A stretch of DNA of 64,000 nt from an uncultured Gammaproteobacteria bacterium (GTDB lineage: Bacteria; Pseudomonadota; Gammaproteobacteria; UBA9214), in assembly GCA_963773065.1 (NCBI GenBank), contig CAVYZN010000028.1, positions 1-64,000 of the forward strand, read 5' to 3'. A program made the translations under genes and the position numbers. The number at the start of each line of letters is the position of its first letter. The stretch's first letter is position 1. Positions 37,394-49,643 of this stretch are shown in pieces. Below the pieces are notes generated by a model. The model worked only from the letters and a program-made list of their open reading frames with translations. It did no database searches and had not been told where the DNA came from.

Positions 37394-38426
37394 TCAGGTG
37401 GCAGCGCCGGTGGGGATGGCGTTCACACCCGCGAGCCACAGGGTCAATTGTAACAGTTCATCCCAGGCGTTGCCCGCCGCCTGGCCCTTGATCACCCGGT
37501 CGATCAGGGCGCAGCGGCGCAGCAGCCGGTTGCAGGCGGCGCCGGACAGGCGCTGCAGCGCCCGGCTGAAGGCCGTGTCGCGGGACTGCCAGACCTTGAA
37601 GCGGGCCAGCACCTGAGGGAGCGCCTGTCCCCCGGCCAGCACTCGCGCCATGAGCCGCGAGCTGGCGCAGGTCCCGCGCCAGCGCCCACAGCACCACCGC
37701 GGGCGCCACGCCCTCGCCCTGCAGCCCGTTCAGGATGCGCACGCCGCGCGCGCCGTCCCCCGCCAGGGCCGTGTCGACGAGGTCATAGACATCGAAGCGG
37801 GCGCTGTCGGCAACCGCGTTGGCGATATCCCGGGCATCGACCCGCCCAGCGCCCTGCAGCAGGTACAGCTTGTCGATTTCCTGCACACAGGCGAGCAGGT
37901 TGCCTTCCACCCGTTCCGCCAGCAGGGCGGCGGCCTCCGGCGTGGCCTCCAGTCCGCGCCGCTTAAGGCGCGTGCGCACCCAGGCGGGCAATTGCCGGCG
38001 ATCCAGCGGCCAGACGAACACCACCACGCCGGCCTGATCGAGCGCCTGCACCCAGCGGCTCTTGCGCGCCGCGGGCTCGAGCTTGCCGGAAGTGATCAGC
38101 AGCAGCGTATCCTCGGGCGGCGCCTCGGCATAGGCGCGCAACGCCTTCGCCCCCGCCTCGCCGGGCTTGCCGCCCGGCAGGCGCAGGTCGAGCACGCGCC
38201 GCGGCGAAAAGAGCGACAGGCTGCCGGCCGCCGCCGCCAGGCTGTTCCAGTCGAAACCGGCGTTGACCGACAGCACCTCCCGCTCCTCGAAGCCCGCGGC
38301 GCGCGCCCGCGAGCGCACCGCGTCCGCCGCTTCCATCACGCGCAACGGTTCATCACCGCTGATGAAATAGACGGGCGCGAGCGCGCCGCGCAAGCGGGAC
38401 TCCAACTGCTCGGGCTGGATCTGCAC
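37394..38426 (-). CDS. holA: DNA polymerase III delta subunit (frameshift near 37650)
   Basis: [26 protein letters not shown]; leuS-lptE-holA order. Confidence 0.93.
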
Positions 38427-38427
38427 G

Positions 38428-38956
38428 TTATCGTTTGCCTGCCGCCACGATGCGCAGCATCGCCAGGTTGACGATATCGCGCTGCAGTTCCCTGCGGATC
38501 ATCTCCGATTCGCGTTCCTTGCCCAGCAAGGTCTTACTGTTGAACTTGATTACCCGGCTCGCCGTGACGGACTGCCGGTCGACCAGCATATGGCCGTCCG
38601 CGGCAGCGACCTCGAAGTGAATGTTCTGGCGGATCCGGTACTCCAGGACCTTGCCGCCGAGATCCACCGTCAGCACGTCCTTGTCGGTGTTGTTCTCCAG
38701 GATGGTGAGGATCGCGGTGGCCTCGCCGCGGTCCTCCGTCACGCGGGCGCCGTGACTCTCCAGCGCCGTACGGAAGGCATCGTTCAGCGAGTCGAATTCG
38801 CTTGCGCCCTGGATATAGGTAACCGACATTTCCGCCGGCAGCGGCGCCGTCGCCGCGCAAATGAAAGCCGCAGGCGCCGAGCAGCAGCGCGGCGACCACC
38901 GCGCCCAAGCGCAGGATCCTCCCGAGGGCTGCGGATAAAGACGCACGGGTCCTCAT
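38428..38956 (-). CDS. lptE: LPS assembly lipoprotein LptE (frameshift near 38850)
   Basis: Lipobox LGAC followed by GFHLRG; position between leuS and holA. Confidence 0.9.
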
Positions 38957-38957
38957 C

Positions 38958-41435
<2,478 letters not shown>

Positions 41436-41582
41436 TCAAGGGCGCGGGTGAAGGCGGAAGAATACCGTAGGCGGGACGGCGCCCACAACCGGCAAGGGCC
41501 GAGGCACCCCACCCTTACCTGGCCGCTAGGCATCACCTGCTAAAGCCACCAGTAGCGAGCTCATCGTATGTAACGGGCCAAG

Positions 41583-41683
41583 AGCCGGAGGGGCCGGGCG
41601 AGACGTCGGCCGTAGGGATGCAGGCCGGCGAGCGCTCGCACGGCCTCAACCCTGCGGCCGACGGTCCCGCCCGGCCCCTCCGG
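41583..41683. repeat. Long GC-rich intergenic hairpin (REP-like)
   Basis: gccggaggggccgggcg...gtcggccgtaggg ... ccctgcggccgac...cgcccggcccctccggc. Confidence 0.65.
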
Positions 41684-41784
41684 CTCTACGCCACATGACT
41701 CATGTTTTACTTGACCTGGCAAGCTACACACCGGCGCCGCTTTGGTCCACACTTGTCACTCTGGCAGAACACGAGGCAGGCCCG

Positions 41785-42312
41785 ATGACCGACGAGAAGT
41801 CCACCCGTGAGAAATGGCTGCGGGCCTACGATGACATGATGGTGCGGGTCAAAACGGCGATCGAGGAAGCGGAGGAACACACGTTCCCCGCCATCAAGCG
41901 CCATATCGCCAAGGCCCGCGACACGGCCGTCGAGCTGGAGGAACTGACCAGGGACGAGGCCGAGAAGATTGCCTACTTTCTTGAGCGGGACCTGGAGGAT
42001 GCCGGCAAGCACATGGCCGAGAGCGGCCATGAACTGAGCGACTGGCTGCGTTTCGATATCGGTCTGATCGAGGACCGCCTGCTGGAGGTCCTGTTGAAGG
42101 TCGCCGACCATACCCGCCTCGACATGCTGCAGTTTGAACGCGACCTCAAGGAAGGGCCGCTCTACAACGCCGGCGAGGTCACCGGTCCCGGCACGCTGGT
42201 CTGCAACGCCTGCGGCGAGGTCATCCGCTTCCACTCAACCGGTTATATCCCGGAATGCCCCGCCTGCGGGCACACCGTCTACCATCGCAAGTCCGTCACG
42301 GACGAAATCTGA
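41785..42312 (+). CDS. YbeL/DUF1451 zinc-ribbon protein
   Basis: ADHT, YNAGEVTGPGTLVCNAC, CPAC; divergent from leuS. Confidence 0.9.
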   Translation: MTDEKSTREKWLRAYDDMMVRVKTAIEEAEEHTFPAIKRHIAKARDTAVELEELTRDEAEKIAYFLERDLEDAGKHMAESGHELSDWLRFDIGLIEDRLLEVLLKVADHTRLDMLQFERDLKEGPLYNAGEVTGPGTLVCNACGEVIRFHSTGYIPECPACGHTVYHRKSVTDEI

Positions 42313-42479
42313 ACCGGCGGTGACCGCACCACTGAAGAATGGATGGGGTCACCCCTTAGCCAGCCGGTGTTAACAGCGTAAGTAAAGCTCTGTTGAACAT
42401 GTCAACATCATAAAACAACAATGCCATTGATACGGTCCTTTCGCACCCGCTTTTTCACTGAGCGTGATGTCGCGGCATA

Positions 42480-42742
42480 ACCCTGCGCATCAGTCACCCC
42501 TCTGGATCAAGATCGAATCGATGGTCTGATTCAATCCCTGGTACCGTGGGTACCCCACAAAATACTCGGTACCGTCCAGCGTCCAAAAATGAGCATCACA
42601 GAATGTATGGCTGGCCCGAAGGCCTCCAACCCTTGGGTGGCTCGCTGGACGGGCGAAGGGCGTATTCAATGGCCGGCCGGGACCTCCAATCAGAATCTCA
42701 TGGTTGTACCAACCCCATTGCCTGGCTGATCCCGGCCGCCAA
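42480..42742 (-). ncRNA. Putative bridge/seek RNA of the IS110 element (ends approximate)
   Basis: Two stem-loops whose internal loop strands match the target flanks (ATGGGGT, GATTCTGA) and the donor junction (GGATT, AGGGGTGA). Confidence 0.65.
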
Positions 42743-42744
42743 TC

Positions 42745-43752
42745 TTAACCGAACAGACGCGCGGCATCGTAATGGGTCTGATCGCGTAACATGCAGTAAC
42801 TGGCGCGGGCCAATTTGTGCGCCACCGCCCGGATCGCGACGATACCGCTGGTCTGCGCGCGCTTGCGCTCAAAGAAGCGCTTGGCCCGCGCATCAAAGCG
42901 CACGGCGAAGTGGGCCGCTTCGGAGAACGCCCAGGACAGGTACTTGTTGCCGGCCTTGCGGTTGCCTTCGCCCTTCTTCTTGCCGTTGCTGAGGCGCTCG
43001 CTGTTGACGCAGCGGCAGTACGAGGCGTAATTGCCTGGGCTCTTGAAGCGGGTAATCTCGCCCGTCTCAAGCCAAATGGTCATGCCCAGAATCGGCCCCA
43101 CGCCGGTGATGGTCTGCAAAATCTTAAAGGCCGGCGCCACCCGCGCCGCCGCCAACGCGGCCTGTTCCAGCTCGTCAATCTCCCGCTGGAGCGCCCGCTG
43201 CACGCTCAGCAGGCTCTGCGCCGCCAGCTGGTCGTGCCCGGGCGGTAACGGCACGGCAAACTCCGGCTTGCGTATCAGGCTTGCGCTGATCCGCTCTCCG
43301 GTAGAACGCCAGAGCTGGCTCTGAATGCTGATCAGGCGTCCCGCCGCGATCCGCACCAGTTGCATGCGCCGGCGCAGCAGATCGCGCACCGCGCGTTGCT
43401 CCTTGGGATAAATATACCCCGTCGGCAGTATCCCCAGGCGCATCAGGTGCGCCAGCCAGAACGCATCGTGAAGGTCATCGCTGTACTTCAGGCCCTCATA
43501 CTGGCGCACCGCCGCGGTGTTGACCAACCGCAGCGGGTAGCCGGCATCCTGCAATCCATCCACCAGCCAGTACCAATTGAAGGTCGATTCCACGGCAACC
43601 CCCAGCAGCTCCGCCTTGAACGGCTGCAAGGCCTTCAGCGTCACCGCCAGATCATTGGGCAGCCGCCGTTCAAAAACCCGTTTGTCATCCTCATCAATCA
43701 CCACAACGACGTGGTTGTTGGAATGCAGATCAATCCCGCAGTAAAGTGTCAT
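42745..43752 (-). CDS. IS110-family transposase/recombinase (335 aa)
   Basis: GIDLH, AVES, KYSDDLHDA (DEDD domain), TITGVG, LSNG, AVAHKLAR; GGAGG RBS. Confidence 0.95.
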   Translation of the reverse strand: MTLYCGIDLHSNNHVVVVIDEDDKRVFERRLPNDLAVTLKALQPFKAELLGVAVESTFNWYWLVDGLQDAGYPLRLVNTAAVRQYEGLKYSDDLHDAFWLAHLMRLGILPTGYIYPKEQRAVRDLLRRRMQLVRIAAGRLISIQSQLWRSTGERISASLIRKPEFAVPLPPGHDQLAAQSLLSVQRALQREIDELEQAALAAARVAPAFKILQTITGVGPILGMTIWLETGEITRFKSPGNYASYCRCVNSERLSNGKKKGEGNRKAGNKYLSWAFSEAAHFAVRFDARAKRFFERKRAQTSGIVAIRAVAHKLARASYCMLRDQTHYDAARLFG

Positions 43753-43922
43753 AACAGCCTCCTGGGTTGTGTTGAGTGACCAACACCAGTGTATACACCG
43801 GTGCCAACCACTCAGGAGGCTGGCTAGAGGATTATCAGACTCGATTGATCGGATGCACGAAAAACCGTGGTCTGTCCCGATTTTCCCGAAGGGGACGCCA
43901 CAAATCGCCAAGGAGATGAGAG

Positions 43923-45330
43923 ATGACAGAACGATCCAAAACACTCGCGAAGCTGCCCGAAGGGTTCATCGGGGCGCTCCGCGCCGGGCTCCGGGGCCAG
44001 GTCCTGACCCAGGAAGATGCCGGATACGACGAGGCTCGCGCCGTGTACAACGCGATGATCCAGCGCAGGCCGGGTGCGATCGCGCGGGTCGCGGACGTGG
44101 CGGACGTCATCGCGTGCGTCAACGCCGCGCGCGAGGCGGGCGTGCTGGTCGCGGTGCGCGGGGGTGGCCACAACGCGGGCGGTCTCGGTGTCGTCGACGG
44201 CGGTCTCGTCGTCGACCTCTGCGGTCTACGCGGCATTCGCGTTGACCCGCGGGCCCGCACCGTCCGCGTGGAAGGCGGCGCCACGTGGGGCGAACGTCGA
44301 CCACGCCACACATCCCTTCGGCCTGGCCACACCGTGCGGCTTCATCTCGACCACCGGCGTGGGCGGGCTGACACTCGGTGGCGGCACCGGCAATCTCACG
44401 CGAAGTTGCGGGCTGACGATCGACAATCTGATTTCCGCCGACGTGGTGCTTGCGGATGGGCGCATGGTTACGACAAGCGCCGACGAGCACCCCGACCTTT
44501 TTTGGGCGCTTCGCGGTGGCGGGGGCAACTTCGGCATCGTCACATCGTTCCTGTTCCGCGCCCATCCCGTGAGCATGGTCATCGGCGGCCCCACGTTCTG
44601 GGCGCTCGAGCAGGCCGAGGACGCCCTGCGCGGGTTTCAGAATCTGATCGAAAACGCACCGGAGGAGCTCGGCGGGTTCTTCGCGTTCCTCACCGTGCCG
44701 CCCGTACCGCCGTTCCCGGAGGACCTCCACGGCCGCAAGGTCGCTGGCGTCGTGTGGTGTTTCAACGGGCGCCAGGAGGCCTTCGACCGAACCGTCAACC
44801 CGCTCATCTCGGCCGTGCCGCCGTTACTCCACGCGCCTCACGAGCTCCCTTACCCGGCGCTCCAGTCGTTCTTCGACCCGCTCTATCCGGCTGGGCTCCA
44901 GTGGTACTGGCGCGCGGACTTCATGGGCAGGCTCTCGGACGACGCCATCCGCGAGCACGTGCGGCACGGGGCCACGCTGCCGACGGGGCACTCGACGGTA
45001 CACCTCTACCCATTGAATGGCGCGGCCGCGCGCGTGGGCGCGGGCGACACGGCGTACCGCCACCGCGACGCGTTCTGGTCGCAGGTCATCGTGGGCGTCG
45101 ACCCCGACCCAGGCAACGCCGACACCCTTCGCGACTGGACGGTCGGCTACTACGAGGCGCTCCACCCGTTCTCGACGGGCGCGGCCTACGTGAATTTCAT
45201 GATGGACGAGGGCGCGGATCGCATCCGCGCGACCTATGGGGCGAACTACGATCGCCTCGCGAAGATCAAGCGGCAGTATGACCCCGACAACTTCTTCCGC
45301 GTGAACCAGAACGTGCCGCCGGCCGCGTAG
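43923..45330 (+). CDS. FAD-binding oxidoreductase, berberine-bridge type (frameshift near 44290)
   Basis: VRGGGHN, TGVGGLTLGGG, LFWALRGGGGNFGIVT, YVNF, YDPDNFF. Confidence 0.93.
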
Positions 45331-45348
45331 CGTCCACCCAAGGAGATA

Positions 45349-46182
45349 ATGGACATGCCACTCTATCTGGATCGTCACTACATTGAAAATATAACCCGCG
45401 AGGTCATTGCCGATGCTCATGAAAAAGATCTGGAGATCCAGGGGAAATATGGGGTTAATTTCCTGACGTATTGGATTGATGAGCCGCGATGTACCACTTT
45501 CTGCCTGGTGGACGCACCCAATAGGGAAGCAATCCGGAAAGCTCATGCGGAAGCGCACGGGGCCGTGCCCAGTGAAATCATCGAAGTCGAATCCAGTGAG
45601 GTCGAGGCCTTCCTGGGTAGAATCAAAGACCCGGTGCTGATAGAAGCGGGGGTAACGTGGGGCAGCGTACCCAGAGACTCGGCCTTTCGTGCGATCATGT
45701 TCACCGACTTGAAGGACTCAACCGCGATGACTACCCAGCTGGGTGACAAGAAGTCGCTGCACTTGCTCCACATTCACAATGCGGTCACCCGCAATGCACT
45801 CCGCGACTACGCGGGTCGAGAGGTGAAGCATCTAGGGGATGGCATCATGGCTTCCTTCGCGTCCATGACGCAGTCTGTCGAATGTGCCATAGCGATTCAG
45901 AGCGCGTTTGCAACGTATAACAGCGAGCACCCGGAGGCCCAATTGCATCTGCGGATTGGCCTGAGCGCCGGTGAACCGGTGGAAGAGGACCACGATTTGT
46001 TTGGGGCAACGGTCCAGTTGGCGGCCCGCCTCTGCGCTCATGCCGAGCCCGATCAGATTCTGGTGGCGCAAAATGTTGTGGAGAACTATTCGGGCGAGAA
46101 ATCGCTGTTCTCTGAGGCAGGCCAGATCACGCTCAAAGGTTTTGATCAACCTGTGCACGTGTATGTTGTCAAATGGCGGTGA
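45349..46182 (+). CDS. DUF4242 (SCO4226-like) domain fused to a class III nucleotide cyclase
   Basis: MPLYLDRH...AHEKDL...FCLVDAP...HAEAHG; then MFTDLKDST, VKHLGDG, LRIGL, DLFG..V.LAAR, LKGF. Confidence 0.85.
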   Translation: MDMPLYLDRHYIENITREVIADAHEKDLEIQGKYGVNFLTYWIDEPRCTTFCLVDAPNREAIRKAHAEAHGAVPSEIIEVESSEVEAFLGRIKDPVLIEAGVTWGSVPRDSAFRAIMFTDLKDSTAMTTQLGDKKSLHLLHIHNAVTRNALRDYAGREVKHLGDGIMASFASMTQSVECAIAIQSAFATYNSEHPEAQLHLRIGLSAGEPVEEDHDLFGATVQLAARLCAHAEPDQILVAQNVVENYSGEKSLFSEAGQITLKGFDQPVHVYVVKWR

Positions 46183-46206
46183 ACGGAAAGGAAACGGATG
46201 GGAAAC

Positions 46207-46334
46207 GGATGGGGTCAGACTCGATTGATCGGATGTGAATTTCCCTATTGGGAATGGATGGTGGATGGGAATCAATCGAAGGAAATGGGGGACAGACCAC
46301 GTTTTGACTAAAAACGTGGTCTGTCCCCCATTTC
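46207..46334. repeat. REP cluster next to the RAYT gene
   Basis: ggatggggtcagactcgattgatcggatg (46207-35); inverted pair gaaatgggggacagaccacgtttt/aaaacgtggtctgtcccccatttc (46282-46334); related copies at 43861-86 and 47128-49. Confidence 0.88.
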
Positions 46335-47025
46335 GCCCCGGCTTTGCCGGTCTTCCCGCATTTCCGGGCATGACGCGTCGTTGCAGCATGCAGGAGACTT
46401 CTACCTTGAAGCGGTCGTTACCCAGGGCGTAATTGCCATTGGTGGCGGTACGAATTTCAGCGATCAGGTTAAGGTCAATGCCGGTGTCAAACAGACGCCG
46501 GTAATTGGCAAGACGCGATGCCTCCGTCTCGACGAGCGCCAGGTATTCGGCATGCGGCGTCAGCCCGTCTCGGCGCGAGCCCTGACCGTTGGCAGGGTAG
46601 CTTGACCAGCGGTATTCCGCCGGGTGTGTCGCCATGCCGGCGCGCACCGGGTTCATTTCGATATACCGGTAACAGGCGAGTACATAGGTGCTTTCCTGAA
46701 CCAGGCAGGAACGGAAGCGGCCTTCCCAGAGAGTGCCGCTGCGCCGGTAGCTGCGGTTGATGTATTGGATATAACGCTGACCGAGGTGTTTCATCAATAG
46801 CGCGGCGCTATTATGTCGTTCCGGGGTGAGGAGCAGGTGTACATGATTTGTCATCTGGCAATAGGCATGTATCCTGCAGCCATAGTTAACAGCCTGCTGA
46901 GCCAGGGTATCGAGATAATAGTAGTGGTAATCGCTGTGGTCGTAGAAGCAGGCGGTGCGATTATTGCCACGCTGGATGATATGCCAAGGTATGCACGGTA
47001 CGACCAGACGGGCACGACGCGGCAT
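46308..47025 (-). CDS. REP-associated tyrosine (HUH/Y1) transposase, RAYT
   Basis: MPRRAR, HIIQRGNNR, MTNHVHLL, LWEGRF, YIEMNPVRA, YRWSS; the ORF as read runs to 45832, but removing one G from a G5 run gives a stop at 46308. Confidence 0.92.
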
Positions 47026-47090
47026 ATGAGGTACCTGTATCAGGACAGATCGAGTGTCGTGATGGTGGACGCATGGACAAGGAGGGTCTG

Positions 47091-48611
47091 TCAGTCACGC
47101 GAGTACCGTCGCGTCAGGAAACCATGGAAACGTGGTCTGTCCCCCATTTGCCACACCAGCAGCAGGCACATCACGGTCAGGATCACGACGGGCGTATTGC
47201 CCAACAGCACATAAGGCGTCGCGCCCTGGCGGGGCGTGACGGTTCCCGTGACCACCGCCTCCTCGAACTGGCGGCTGCGGGCGATGACCCGGCCGTTCTC
47301 ATCGATGATCGCGGATATGCCCGTATTGGTGGCTCGCAGCATGGGCCGGCCGGTTTCCTTGGACCGCAGCCGCGCCATTTCCAGGTGCTGGTGCGGCGCG
47401 AGCGAATCGCCAAACCAGCCATCGTTGCTCACGTTGACCAGCAAGGCGGCCTGCGGCAGTGCCCGACGGATCTCCTCGCCGAATACCACCTCGAAACAGA
47501 TCGAGGTGGCCACGGGATAGCCGGCGGCCTCCAGCAGGGGTTGCGTCGCCTCCCCGCCGGAGAAATCCGCATTCGGCACCGCCAGGGCGTCCAGGCTGTC
47601 GCCCAGCACCCGGCGCAGCGGCAGGTACTCGCCGAACGGCACCAGGTGCTGCTTGTAGTAGAAGCGCCGTTCCCCGCCGATGGACACCACGCTGTTGTAG
47701 TAGCGCCAGGTGGCCTGGTCCAGCACCGGAATTCCGGTCAGCAGCACGGCGCCCGACTGGCGCAGCCCGGTTTCGATTTGCGGGATGAGGCTGTCCTGCA
47801 CCTGGTCATAAAACGCGGGTATGGCGGTTTCGGGCCAGACCACCACATCCGTCGCCGGCAATTTGAAGGTGAGTTCCGTATAGCGCGTCAGGGTATGGGT
47901 CAGGTTTCCCGGCGCCCATTTGGTTTCCTGGGCGATGTTCCCCTGAACCAGCGCCACCTTGAGAGGCGCGCCGCGCGCTTCGGTCCATGCAACACGGTCG
48001 AGCAGGTAGCCGCCCGCCCAGATCACGCAGAGGACGATCAGACTCGGCAGGCGCGCCCGGTTTCGCACCAGCGCCACCAGCAAGGCGGCCGTCAGCGCCA
48101 CGGCCAGCCCGACGCCATAGACTCCCGAGAGCGGCGCGTAGCCGGCCAGCGGGCCGTCAATCTGGCTGCTCCCGACAGTCAGCCAGGGAAAACCGGTGAA
48201 CAGCCAGCCGCGCAGCCATTCACTCAGCACCCAGCCGGCCGGAAACGCGACCAGGAGCCGCCAGTCCGCAGCCGGCAGGCAGCGCTTGAGACAATAACCC
48301 AGCAAGGCGGGATACAGGCTCAGAAAGACCACCAGCGCCACCGTCACCAGCACGGCAGCCGGCGCGGGTACATGCCCGTAGGTATGCACGCTGACGTACA
48401 CCCAGGAAACACCCGCGCCGAAGTACCCCAGTCCGAACAGGACACCGTGGCGCAAAGCCTGGCGCGGGCTATCCCGCAGCCACTGGTTGAACAGCACGGC
48501 GAGCGACAGAAACGCGAGCGGGTACCAGCCCAGGGGGGCGAAGGCGGTCACGCCCAGCGCGCCGGCAATCAGCACGAAGATCCCGCCGAAGCGGACAGTC
48601 AGGTTGGTCAC
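47091..48611 (-). CDS. lnt: Apolipoprotein N-acyltransferase
   Basis: FTGFPW, VQGNI, WPETA, KQHLVPFGEY, ICFE, SNDGWF. Confidence 0.96.
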   Translation of the reverse strand: MTNLTVRFGGIFVLIAGALGVTAFAPLGWYPLAFLSLAVLFNQWLRDSPRQALRHGVLFGLGYFGAGVSWVYVSVHTYGHVPAPAAVLVTVALVVFLSLYPALLGYCLKRCLPAADWRLLVAFPAGWVLSEWLRGWLFTGFPWLTVGSSQIDGPLAGYAPLSGVYGVGLAVALTAALLVALVRNRARLPSLIVLCVIWAGGYLLDRVAWTEARGAPLKVALVQGNIAQETKWAPGNLTHTLTRYTELTFKLPATDVVVWPETAIPAFYDQVQDSLIPQIETGLRQSGAVLLTGIPVLDQATWRYYNSVVSIGGERRFYYKQHLVPFGEYLPLRRVLGDSLDALAVPNADFSGGEATQPLLEAAGYPVATSICFEVVFGEEIRRALPQAALLVNVSNDGWFGDSLAPHQHLEMARLRSKETGRPMLRATNTGISAIIDENGRVIARSRQFEEAVVTGTVTPRQGATPYVLLGNTPVVILTVMCLLLVWQMGDRPRFHGFLTRRYSRD

Positions 48612-49498
48612 AAGGCGACGGTTTCCCCGGTGTCTTTGTCCTCGTCCCCGGCCGTTTTGGGCAACAGGGTGAGCTGCAGCATATGCACGCGACGATTGTC
48701 GGCGCGCAGGATTCTGAAGAGGTGGTTATCGATGACGATACGCTCGCCGCGCCGCGGGAGATGGCCGAAACGGTGCACCACGAAGCCGCCGATGGTATCG
48801 AACTCTTCATCCGAATAATTCGTACCGAAATAGTCGTTGAAATCCTCGATCGGCGTCAGGGCCTTGACGGTGTAATGCACCGTGCTGTGTTTGCGGATGG
48901 TTGCTTCCTCCTCCACGTCATGCTCGTCCTCGATCTCGCCGACGATCTGCTCCAGCACGTCCTCGATGGTGACGATGCCGGCGACGCCGCCGTACTCATC
49001 CACGACGATGGCCATGTGATTGCGGTTGGAACGGAAGTCCTTCAACAACACATTGAGCCGCTTGCTTTCCGGGACAAACACGGCGGGACGCAGCAGTTCA
49101 CGCACATTGAAGCGCTGGTCGGTGCGCTCGATGAAATGCAGCAGCAGATCCTTCGCCAGCAATATGCCCACCACCTCATCCCGGCTGTCGCCGATAACCG
49201 GGTAGCGCGAATGTCCGGTCTCGACGATGCTGCGCAGCAGTTGCTGCGGATTGGCGTCCCGCTCCAGCATGTCTACCTGGGAGCGGGGTATCATGATGTC
49301 ACGCACCCGCATGTCATCGACCTGCAGCACGCCCTCGATCATGGCCAGCACATCGGGATCGAACAGGTTTCTGCGCTGCGCGGTGCGCAGCAGCTCGACC
49401 AGTTGCTCGCTGTCATCGGGAACCCATAGCAGGGAGCGCTTCAGCCGGGAAACCAGGGTGTGCGTCGGATGGGTGCTTAACGGACGTACCTTGTTCAT
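48608..49498 (-). CDS. corC: Mg/Co transport protein CorC (CBS domains)
   Basis: [38 protein letters not shown]. Confidence 0.94.
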   Translation of the reverse strand: MNKVRPLSTHPTHTLVSRLKRSLLWVPDDSEQLVELLRTAQRRNLFDPDVLAMIEGVLQVDDMRVRDIMIPRSQVDMLERDANPQQLLRSIVETGHSRYPVIGDSRDEVVGILLAKDLLLHFIERTDQRFNVRELLRPAVFVPESKRLNVLLKDFRSNRNHMAIVVDEYGGVAGIVTIEDVLEQIVGEIEDEHDVEEEATIRKHSTVHYTVKALTPIEDFNDYFGTNYSDEEFDTIGGFVVHRFGHLPRRGERIVIDNHLFRILRADNRRVHMLQLTLLPKTAGDEDKDTGETVAL

Positions 49499-49643
49499 TT
49501 ATAATCAGTCAGTTGTGTAACCATTGTAACAATATTCTTACAACCTGGCGGAAGGCGGGAATGCCGTCTGCCCTTTAATTCTGGGACAGGCAAGGCCGAT
49601 TTCCAAGGCGCGGCGGGAGCGTGTCATCGCCTTGCGATCCGCC

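Larger units (their letters stand above)
42349..43837 (-). mobile_element. IS110-family insertion sequence, IS1111-like layout
   Basis: TCA core at both ends (42349-51, 43835-37), sub-terminal IR tagccagcc (42357-65)/ggctggcta (43818-26), long 3' non-coding region; the flanks rejoin to the sequence at 46207-46235. Confidence 0.92.

Noticed and set aside
43753-43944. 64-codon N-terminal extension of the IS110 ORF
   Set aside because: It crosses the element boundary; the ATG at 43752 has a GGAGG RBS and begins the DEDD domain
45832-46307. Long C-terminal extension of the RAYT ORF
   Set aside because: It runs through REPs and antisense into the cyclase gene; a one-base homopolymer correction gives a normal-length protein
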